From NCBI GenBank assembly GCA_036630325.1, contig CP142726.1, forward strand, positions 682,001 through 746,000: DNA of 64,000 bases, in the 5' to 3' direction. The stretch's first letter is position 1; the number at the start of each line of letters is the position of its first letter. This document shows positions 36,190 to 45,741 of this stretch, piece after piece. The translations under genes were made by a program, and so were the position numbers. Origin of the DNA: Vairimorpha necatrix (lineage: Eukaryota). The notes under the pieces are model-generated. The model saw nothing but the letters and a program-made list of their open reading frames with translations. It made no database searches and was not told the DNA's origin.

Positions 36190-38205
36190 ATGAAGATGAA
36201 GAACAATAAAAATTATAGTTTAAAACATTCTTCTCGGACTGATGGGAAACCATCAGTCCACAATGGTGGTAACGGTGAAGAGGATTTGAACGATCACTTT
36301 AATAGTCTCATCACGCACATGAAAAAAATATGTCTGAGCAATAGGTGGACAGAATTTAACGGCGAAACTTTAAAACAAGCCGAAGATTTTTTAACTCAGT
36401 TCCGCGAAATTGAGGATGTGTATACGCAAGATAAAACGCTAGATATTGCCAAATCTAAACTTAAAGGCAAGGCGTTAACATGGTTCAAAGCGTTCGAGGG
36501 TGATGAAATTACAGACTATGATTCATTCAAAACCCAGTTTAAAAAAAAGTATTTAAAAGAGAAACTAACAGAAGATATAGCAGATAGGTTCATGCATCTA
36601 TATGTGGAAGGTCCAAAGGAAAGCGACATTTTAAGTTACGCTTATGACCTCAAAAGATATGCAAAAGGAAACCCTGAATATTTTGCCAGATCAAAGATTT
36701 CTATAGGAAGGAACTCCCCTGATAAGTTGAAGGAGCCTATTAAAGAAACGAAAGATTGGTTGGAATTGCTGGAATTAGTTGAGAACAAACAAACTCTTAT
36801 AAATTATCATTTAAACAAAAAGAAAACATTTAGTAGAAAACCATCTTATGAAGCTATCTCACGAGAAAAAAAAGATAATAAAATTTGTGGAGAAAAAGCA
36901 GAACAAGTAAATTCTGCCATGCTTTTAAGGATAGGAGAAATGAAATCGACTACTAAACTACAAGATATCCGCCCGAGGATAAATCTATATTCGGGAACGA
37001 TAAAATTTTCCGCTCTTATTGATACCGGATCTCAAGTGAATCTCATTAGTAAAACAATGATTCAAAAACTGAAATTAAAACCAACAAAAGAAACTCTTAC
37101 GGTTGAAGGAATAGGGGGCCAGTTCAAATCAGGAGGAAAAATACAGGTCTTTATAAAGAGGCCCAAGATCAAGAAAAATGAAATGATCGAGGCTTACGTA
37201 ATAGATAAATTACCGGAAGACTTTATAATTGGCATAGTAGATGCCAAGAAACTAAATCTACTCAAAAGGTTTGATAAAATAGATGGCGCTATAACAACGA
37301 AATCTGTCTGCACAACGGGAAAAATATCCGAAACACATCTAACAGACATTGTAAAAGAAAATTACTTTCAAGAAGGAAAAGAAAAAAGTAATAAACTTGC
37401 CATAGTACATTCGAAGGCTTTCCATATTAAAGACCAAAACTTAAGCTTTAGTAGTAGCAATGTTATAGATGAGCTAAAGTATTGTCCGGAATCTAAGTGC
37501 ATCCAACATAGGAGACCATTAGGTCAAAGGGAAGCGATAAGAGTCAAGCCCAAAGTGCTTTTGAGTAAAATTGGAAAGGAAGAAACTGTATCGACGTTTA
37601 CTCTCCCGGTCGCTCCAATCAAAGCATCTTTCAGTGACATGGTAATTTGTAATGACAAGGGAAAACTTAACAGAAGTAAAAAAAAAGAGTTTTACCCACA
37701 TCCTTTAATACAAAAATTACATGATCCACCCGTATTGACAAACTTTGAATTGAAGTTAAAATACCTACAGCTAAATACCTGGGGGAAAGGCAGAGAACAT
37801 ATACCTCACAAAAAAAGGAGGAAAAAAATTTATAGGGGCAGTATGCTGCCGGAGCTTATAAATAGACAATTTAGATCTATTAAAATGATAAATGGATGGC
37901 GGAAAGACTCCGACGAAAAAGAAATGCTTCGTTATACATCTATCGCTTACTCGCGGAAGAAACCAAGAAATGAAAAGGAAAAAGTTAAAGACAATGTGAA
38001 ATTAAGTGTTCATAGAGTTCGGGACGTAGTACGAAAGCGAAAACCACCGATAAGCATTCAGAAGAAAGGAATTGACAAAATGAAAAAGTCATATACTATT
38101 CCTACGGTTGGAATAGAGGGAGTCTATAAAGTATATAGCCTAAATAATGACGCATTCGCTATTAACTGGAAGTACTTGAAGACGCGTCAACAAATGGTAA
38201 CCTAG
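36190..38205 (+). CDS. Gag-aspartic protease plus degenerate Pol-derived basic tail (671 aa)
   Basis: LKGKALTWF Gag motif, ALIDTGSQVNLIS..DFIIG protease; ATG lies inside the 5' LTR. Confidence 0.9.
   Translation: MKMKNNKNYSLKHSSRTDGKPSVHNGGNGEEDLNDHFNSLITHMKKICLSNRWTEFNGETLKQAEDFLTQFREIEDVYTQDKTLDIAKSKLKGKALTWFKAFEGDEITDYDSFKTQFKKKYLKEKLTEDIADRFMHLYVEGPKESDILSYAYDLKRYAKGNPEYFARSKISIGRNSPDKLKEPIKETKDWLELLELVENKQTLINYHLNKKKTFSRKPSYEAISREKKDNKICGEKAEQVNSAMLLRIGEMKSTTKLQDIRPRINLYSGTIKFSALIDTGSQVNLISKTMIQKLKLKPTKETLTVEGIGGQFKSGGKIQVFIKRPKIKKNEMIEAYVIDKLPEDFIIGIVDAKKLNLLKRFDKIDGAITTKSVCTTGKISETHLTDIVKENYFQEGKEKSNKLAIVHSKAFHIKDQNLSFSSSNVIDELKYCPESKCIQHRRPLGQREAIRVKPKVLLSKIGKEETVSTFTLPVAPIKASFSDMVICNDKGKLNRSKKKEFYPHPLIQKLHDPPVLTNFELKLKYLQLNTWGKGREHIPHKKRRKKIYRGSMLPELINRQFRSIKMINGWRKDSDEKEMLRYTSIAYSRKKPRNEKEKVKDNVKLSVHRVRDVVRKRKPPISIQKKGIDKMKKSYTIPTVGIEGVYKVYSLNNDAFAINWKYLKTRQQMVT
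36264..36291 (+). promoter_or_regulatory. PBS of element A (tRNA-Leu-like, extended and interrupted)
   Basis: TGGTGGTAACGGTG-AAGA-GGATTTGAAC resembles the complement of a eukaryotic tRNA-Leu 3' end through the T-loop. Confidence 0.6.
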
Positions 38206-40753
38206 GAGCCTTTAAAGAAGGGGGGAGTGTCAAGTGACAGATCTCCAGTGGTCCTAAGATTACCCTGGAGACTAGAGAATACTATTCTATAAGTATTCTC
38301 CTCCTTTACCAAACTATGTTTATGGGGGGAAAATGTACAATATTTTCCCGCCTATAAATATAAAAGAAAATCATACCCTTGGGGTATGAAGATGAAGAAC
38401 AATAAAAATTATAGTTTAAAACATTCTTCTCGGACTGATGGGAAACCATCAGTCCACATCATCTATGTACACAAAGCAGTTATCCACTTCGTGTAATATT
38501 TCAGTGATGTATCTTTGGAAAATTTTTGGACCCGGTTTAATGCCAAAGGGTATTCGTTTGTATCGGTATTGGGCTCCCATAATCATAAATGATGTCAAGT
38601 CTCTGCTTTCTTGCTGGATTTTAATCTGGTTGAATCCGTTCTTAAAATCTATTTGAGAAAAGTACTTATTTCTTCCCATCCTTAGTATACAGTCATCTAT
38701 TTTTGGTATTGAAAAAATGTCATCTTCGATGTGATCATTTATCTCTTTAAAATTTATGACCAGTCTTAATTCACCAGTTTTCTTTTCGATAAAATATCCT
38801 GGGCTTGCGAAAGTTGCTCTAGACTTCTCTATAATATCTTCATCAAGTAATCTTTTAACCTCTTTTCTTGCTCTTTCATAATATTTGAAAGCTATATTGT
38901 AGAATTTATGTCGCGTGATATTCAACTTCTTTATAACCGTAAATCGAGCTTCATCCATTTTCATAGAGTAAAATTTATCATTTAGTTTCTTATAATTTTC
39001 AAGGTGTGAAATATAAATTTCCTTCGAAGGAGACACATAAAGTAAATTGTTAAATCGTTCATTTAACATCTCATCCGTGTTTGGTATCGCGTCCATAAAG
39101 GGAATTTCTTCATTGTTGATAACAAGTGATTGGTTAGCAAAATCAATTGTAGCTTTATTCTTCCTTAGCCATTCAGATCCTAGTAGTAAATCGACGGGGC
39201 AATTTTTAATAATATAGAATTCAATATCCATGATAATATTTGGAGACAACCTTATTCGTATTCTAGCTTTAGTGTTAATCATTCTTTCATCTCCATTTCC
39301 AAATATAGTAGTGAAGGGCTGACACGGTTCAGCTATATGATCATTCATGTTGACCACTTGTTCACTCACAAAATTCAAGTGTGAACCTGTATCGATTAAC
39401 AATAAGTAATTATTTGAGTCTAATATTCCTATTATTTTTACTTCTTTCTGATTACTTGTTGTTCCTAGCTGAATAACCATATTATTTCTTTTTGTTTTTT
39501 CTTCAAAATGTATCGTTTTATCTTTAGTATCTTTGAGATTGTTCCGAAGTCTACAATCTCTTGTATTGTGCGAAAAGCTCTTGTGCACACTACAATAAGG
39601 ATTTCTTGATTTGCAAATTTTGCTTGTTTCATTAGGTACATATCCATTCTCGTTTCGTCTTCCTATTTGAGAAATAATAGTTGATTCTAAAGTCTTTAGA
39701 TAAGCAATAACGTCTGAAGTGGTCCGCGTATTAACCTCATTTTTGCAAAGTTCCATCTCAGTTTGTTTACCTAGTCCTCTAAAAAATACTTCTGAAAATT
39801 TTCTCTCAGCTTCTTGCTTAGTTAAATTATTTGAGAAACTGTAGGCATCTAACTTTTGGGAAATATTCTTCACATAATCTTCCAGATATATGTGGTTGCA
39901 CTGCCTAACATCTTCGAGCTCCTGTGCAATTCTAAATCTCATGTTTCTAGGATAGGCAATTTCTAGTAATGCCGCTCTTAAATTTAAGTATGATTTACTA
40001 TACTTGGCGTTTAAAAAGTGATCGCCAACTAACATGGTCCCATATATTCTTCCCATCTGCTCATCATTCCAGCCATTGGCCTCTGCTAGATTCTCAAATT
40101 TCTGTAGCTCCACCATTGAAATTTCTGATGGTTTTTTAATAATTTTTATTTTTTCTTTACTTATCACATCTGTTCCAGTGATCTTCATGTCGAATTCTCT
40201 GTATTCGAACATGGAATTTCTATCTTCGTAATTACTATTTAATTCGTCTTTGAATTCAAAATGACGCAATCCAGAGGAGCTACCTCTGGACAAATATAGT
40301 TCTATTAAATTATACGTTTTATTTATTTGATTAAAGCCTCGTTGGGCATCCGTAATGGGATACTGGTCCCTGGCTCTGAGGCCCTTCCTTGGTCGTGGAT
40401 TCCAAGGGTATTGATCTTTGTCTTGTCTCATAATTTTGTGTGGGGGTCAGGGCAAAAAGGAAATAAATATTTGATTTTTGGAATAGACCGGTCGAATGGT
40501 CTATTTTCCAAAAAGGGAAAATTGATAAAATAAAAAGAAATAATTTGTGGTATTTATAATACCACAATTTTAAATTAGTTTTTTATGTTTATGATCATTT
40601 TGATACTTTTTCTATTTTTTAATTTATTTAGTGATATAAATATAGTAATATTCAAATGCTATATTGCACAATATTTATGATCCATACAAAAAAAAATTTA
40701 AATTAAATATGTATATCATAAATATACCCTTAAAAAATACATATTTCAATTTT

Positions 40754-40972
40754 TCGGTGAATTTGTAGTCGGTGAATTTGTAGTCGGTGAATTTGTAGTC
40801 GGTGAATTTGTAGTCGGTGAATTTGTAGTCGGTGAATTTGTAGTCGGTGAATTTGTTGTCGGCGAATTTGTTGTCGGTGAATTTGTTGGTCGGTGAATTG
40901 ATTTTCGGTGAATTGATTTTCGGTGAATTGCTGTCGGTGAATTGATGTCGGTGAATTGATGGTCAGTGAATT
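40754..40972 (-). repeat. 14-15-bp tandem array in right TIR of the Mutator element
   Basis: About 15 units of GTCGGTGAATTT.., the reverse complement of the left array. Confidence 0.92.
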
Positions 40973-41377
40973 CTCCATACACCAACTGCTATGTTGATTC
41001 TATGGCTTTTAAACTGCATATGCGATCTATTGTGGTCTTTAAATCTATGATTAAAGATACGAAAAGTACAATAAAGCCGATTTTAAAAGTACAAAACCAT
41101 CTTTTCTCTTTTATTTTTAAAAAAAACCAATATCCAAAAATTGATGATTTTTACATTACATCATTTAAATTTTTTTCAATAGCTAATTATCTAGAAAAAA
41201 TTAAGTATTATTCCTATTATAAATAAAATTTCACATAATTATTTCTCAAATAATCTTAGATTCGTTTATTGAATACCAGAGAATAATAATGATGGAAAAA
41301 AAAGAGATAATATTTTATGTTGACTTACAATATAACTTAAAAATTTAGACCAACAGCAGTAATAAAAATTTTATTTA

Positions 41378-42100
41378 TTACCATACAGATGCTAAAAAGT
41401 ACGCTATTAAAGGAATTGTAAAATAAATAAAGTGCAAGGTTCTTTTATGCGGCCATTTAGGTGTTATTTCCTCATTTTCATCAAACAAGGCCGAAAAATT
41501 GAATTTTCGGAAATAACAACAGCGCATATAATAAATGAGTAGTTGATAATCAGTTTTTTTAAAAATTTGTTCAACCTGCAAATTGTTTACTTTATTCATC
41601 ACTATATGACAATAGTTTTTGAAGATTCTTTTTAACATATTCAAATCAATTTTTATGATATTATAATCAACACGCATGAGCTCTTCATGTATTAACTTAG
41701 TCTTCTTAGCGAAAGAATATACCAAATTATAAACAGCCAATTGCTTGCCAGTACGTGCTTTTTCATCGCAGTTTTCATATAAAGCATTCATAAATAAGTC
41801 AAATTGTATGTCTTCTCTATTAATTTCATATTCTTCTTGGTTAGGTTCTTTTGGCCAACTAAGCTGACTTTTTAGGGGAAATGTCGTTTTTTCTAACAAT
41901 GCGTCAAATAATATCTTTAAGCTTTTTTTTTCATGATCCATATTATTTATTTTACAGTTATGCAGTTTTTCATCTTGGGATTGTACTTTAGTAAGTTGAT
42001 CAACATTCATTGTTTCTTGAGTCAATATCCCAGTATAATTCTTAACGGTAGCTTTTATTTTCTGTATATTTAGAATGAATAATACCATAATTAAAAACAT
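41378..42100 (-). CDS. Family-2 protein: signal peptide plus C-terminal TM (240 aa)
   Basis: CCCC upstream, hydrophobic N- and C-termini, FD.L.E..TFP.K.Q.SWP..YEI motif shared with 51185 and 62564. Confidence 0.85.
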   Translation of the reverse strand: MFLIMVLFILNIQKIKATVKNYTGILTQETMNVDQLTKVQSQDEKLHNCKINNMDHEKKSLKILFDALLEKTTFPLKSQLSWPKEPNQEEYEINREDIQFDLFMNALYENCDEKARTGKQLAVYNLVYSFAKKTKLIHEELMRVDYNIIKIDLNMLKRIFKNYCHIVMNKVNNLQVEQIFKKTDYQLLIYYMRCCYFRKFNFSALFDENEEITPKWPHKRTLHFIYFTIPLIAYFLASVW

Positions 42101-42589
42101 CTTATGGGGTTGAAATTATTTTTTTTATTTATAACAAAAAAAAACTAGCTTAAGCTTTAACGTTTTGAAAACGAGATATATGTAATCGCGAATTGAATCG
42201 ACAATTTGTTTAACCATTTTTTTAGAAAATTATTGTTCGGATTTTAATTTAACAACAATAAAAATTAAATTTTAGAAAAACTCAAATTAATGTGATATAA
42301 AATGCTCTAAAAATTCAGAATGATGACTTTATTTATTTTAAAAATATTTTTAAATCTTTTGATCGAAATCTTTGATTTTAATTAACTGTGGAAGATTTTG
42401 ATAAATTAAAAATGATCCTAACGACATTTAGGAACTGAGTTTTAAAAAAATATAAATCTAAATTTTTTCTTTTATATACGCAATTAAAATTATCAAATTC
42501 TACCATTAAATCTATATTTGTTGTTACTTTACAAAAAAAACATTAAACACTTCGTTAAAAATACATAAAACAGATAAGGAAAAAATTGA

Positions 42590-45500
42590 ATGAATAAATA
42601 TAAAGAGATATCATATGAGTTTAGATTTGAACTTTTTCTGCTCAACATAGCGAACACAAATGAAGAAGAGCAACAAGTCAGACAAGAGTTCAGGGGAGCT
42701 GAAAATTATTCAAAGAAGCTAAGAGAGTTGAAGCGATTTAAAGAATTCGGGGAGAAGCAAAAGAAGTGCACTTAAGCAGTCGTCAAAACAAGCAAGTATT
42801 GAACTGCAGGATCAAATTTTCGAATAATTTTGGAGTACGGAAGATTGGGAGGATATTAATGATGAAATTTGAAAATTAGTCTAAGAGGAGGAAGAGAAGG
42901 AAAACAAATAAAAGATAATGAAGAAAGAACTGGAAGATAGGGTAGAGATGATGAAAGAAAAAATAAGAAGGGAGATATTAGGAGCAATGATCAGAAGAGT
43001 GGCAGTATCAGGAAGAAATTTTTAATATGAAAAATTGAAAGAAAACCATTGTTTCATATGTAGAAGAATTAAACATATAGCTGGAAGTTGTATGGAGCAT
43101 AAAGAAATACAGGAAGAGGATGATTGAAATAAGAGTTTAAAATTTTTTGTATATGTAATATAGTAAAATGAAAATTTTGGAATTAAATGACTTTAAATTT
43201 AGAATCGTAGTAGAGGCAAAAAGAGAAAACACAAAAAACAATTTTTATGTGGGAAATACAAAACAAAATGAAGAAAAAAATATTAATAATCTTAAAAATT
43301 GGAAGGAAAATTTATAGAAATATTAGGAAAAGACGAGAAGAAAATAATTTGCTTAGCAGAAGGAAAACATTCTAGTTTTATAAAACAACGAGTAAAGAGT
43401 AATTAAAAGGAGACAACATTCCTATAATCTACGTGAATTGTTAGAAAATTAGGAGGCGAGGTACCACAGTACCCCACATTTGAGGGTGTTTACTTTATTT
43501 TTTCGAACCCCAAAAACGAAGTGCAAAATAAAGGAGGAGCAGGAAGGGGACAAAAATTACTAAGCACTTATGATATTAAAAATAACAAATAAATACATGC
43601 TTTTATTCAAAATTTAATTTTAAATTTAGTTATAATAATCATTTATTGTGTTGTATCTTTTTTGCCCTTCTTATTTTTTCCATTTTTTTTTAATTGTTGG
43701 TTTATTATAAAAGTAGATTTTCTTCAAAAATCTACTTTTATAATAAACCAACAATTAAAATTATAAATATTATTTATATAAGAAAATTTAAATAAATGTT
43801 CAACGATCTATACAGATTGTTAAATCAAAAAATTTAATTTAAAATATGTTAAGTTATTTAGAATTATATAGTTTTATGGTTATATTCTTTTTTTAAATTA
43901 AATTTCGTATACAAATATATAATTATTTGGTATTTTTACTGTTTAAAGATGCAAGTACTTTGAGTGCTAATGATTGCTTCTCCTTTATTTTGCACTTTGT
44001 TTTTGGGGTTCGAAAAAATAAAGTGAACACCCTTGGAGGGGGGCGTGTTGGTCCCCAATTCTAATAAATCAGAAGGGTAAAAAATGCTTGTTAATTTATA
44101 TAAGTGTAAAAACTTGTATTAAAATATGATTCTGTACATAAATATATATTTATTTGTTATTTTTAATATCATAAGTGCTTAGTAATTTTTGTCCCCTTCC
44201 TGCTCCTCCTTTATTTTGCACTTCGTTTTTGGGGTTCGAAAAAATAAAGTAAACACCCTCAAATGTGGGGTACTGTGGTATCTTTCACCCGAAAATTATA
44301 TAAATTTATTAGAAAATAGAGGAATTATCAGAACAACAAAGAGTGGGGGGAGGCCCATTAAGGGCTATGAAAACCTAAATAAAGATGTGAGATTAGGAAT
44401 TAATTTGATGGCCTTTAACAAACTTGTTGAAAAGAATCCGTATGAATTGCCATTGATTAGAGACATTATTAGGGCAACGCAAGGTTTTAAAGTATTTACG
44501 GTTATAGACCTAAAGGAAGGATTCTATCATATAGAAATTGAGGAAGCTCACAAACATAAGACAGCTTTTGAGATAAATGGTAGAGTATACGAATGGAATA
44601 GCATGGTTATATGATATAAAAACTATCTCCATATTATGCAAAGAGTGATATGCGAAATTTTAGATGAGATTAGAGGCAAATGTGTTGAGGTGTACATGTA
44701 TGATATTATAATTCATGCAAGAGATAGCAATATACACGATAATTTATTAGAACAAGTAATTCAAAACCTAAAGAATTTGGATTAAAAGTAAACTCAAGAG
44801 AAGAAGCAAAACTGCTAAGAATAACGATTAACGGAAAAAAAATTAAACCAAACAAAATAAAAAGCATGAGACAAGAAAACAAAAGGCCCAATAACATATA
44901 GAGCTTAGATGATTTTGGAGGCTAGCAGGCGGGTTTAGAGATTTTAGCCCTCATTATGCTTATCGGACATCAAGACTTAAACAAGCTCGAAAAAATATGT
45001 TAAATGGGCATGTTCCGAAGATATAGAGATAGCTTTTATTGATATCAAAGAGGAATTAGAGATATCTAAAAATTAAAAATAGCAGACAGTAAAATCGGAC
45101 GCATGCGATACAGAAATTAGCCATACTATTACATGAAGATAAGAAAGGCGGATACCAATAAAATGGGCATCGAAAATGAAAACATCAGCAGAAAAAAAGA
45201 TATGCAATTAGTGGAAAGAAGATGTTGACTGTGTTATTTGGAATTTAGAATTCGAGACAGATATGTGAAGAGAAAATTTTATTTATTGAAAGCATAAAGC
45301 CCTGGTCGAGATTAGAAACAACCCGTTTTCAACATAAACTGAAATAATAATGGATAGAATATATACAAGAATTCGACTTCACTATTGACTATGTAAAAGG
45401 AGAGCCGATTACGGATGTAGATGCTCTTAGTAGACAATTTGAAAATAACGAAGTATAAGAAAAAAGCGAAAGAGAGAAACAGACCCAAAAACAAATAAAA

Positions 45501-45730
45501 GAGAAAGAAATAATGAAATGATTCAAAGAGGAGAAAAAACTATTAAAAGTTCTCAACAGGATAAATTAATGAAATTCTACACGAAGAATTAAGAAAAACA
45601 GAAATTCGTAGAGTTCATAGAGAATATAATCATTTAGACGTTAAGGGAACACATTATAAGATTAAACAAAGATGGTACTGGCCAGGTATGAACGACCAGA
45701 TAACGAAAATTTCAAAAAAAAAATCTTGAA
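42590..45730 (+). mobile_element. Heavily degraded Gypsy element G
   Basis: Knuckle remnant CFICRRIKHIAGSC, RT segment PYELPLI..VIDLKEGFYHIEI..HKTAF, RNase H/IN remnants (DALSR, WYWPGM); many stops. Boundaries approximate. Confidence 0.8.
43452..44290. mobile_element. Non-autonomous TIR element (Merlin-type MITE)
   Basis: ~140-bp TIRs, GG..CC ends, 8-bp TSD GAAAATTA (43444-43451, 44291-44298); interrupts element G. Confidence 0.9.
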
Positions 45731-45741
45731 GTATGTAATAT

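Larger units (their letters stand above)
36032..38458 (+). mobile_element. Non-autonomous Gag-protease LTR element A (2427 bp, 231-bp LTRs)
   Basis: Identical LTRs 36032-36262 and 38228-38458, TSD TCATC, PBS and PPT present, no RT/RNase H/IN catalytic motifs. Confidence 0.96.
34235..40431 (-). pseudogene. Single-ORF gag-pol of element B, interrupted by element A
   Basis: The 660-aa and 600-aa ORFs join in frame (VYID|DIVLF) once element A and one TSD are removed, giving about 1254 aa. Motifs: CHHC knuckle, IDTGS, YIDD, CDAS, HHCC, DDE. Confidence 0.93.
33919..40566 (-). mobile_element. Ty3/Gypsy LTR retrotransposon B (4216 bp without the insert), 305-bp LTRs
   Basis: LTRs 33919-34223 and 40262-40566 (1 mismatch seen), TSD ATTTT, PPT AGAGGGGGTAGAA on minus. 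Confidence 0.96.
31882..40983 (+). mobile_element. Mutator (FLYWCH-MULE, Phantom-like) DNA transposon hosting nested LTR elements
   Basis: ~300-400 bp TIRs (about 31882-32190 and 40575-40983) containing tandem arrays. Flanking direct repeat ACCAACTGCT (31872-31881, 40981-40990); the exact end is ambiguous by ~3 bp. Confidence 0.9.

Noticed and set aside
36236-36259. Hammerhead ribozyme (CTGATG..GAAA) at the end of LTR A
   Set aside because: CTGATGG is fully paired in a simple hairpin; no three-way junction or CUGAUGA core.
40730-40985. Repetitive ORFs (QIHRL)n and (TNSPT)n resembling mucins
   Set aside because: Translations of the 15-bp TIR tandem repeat.
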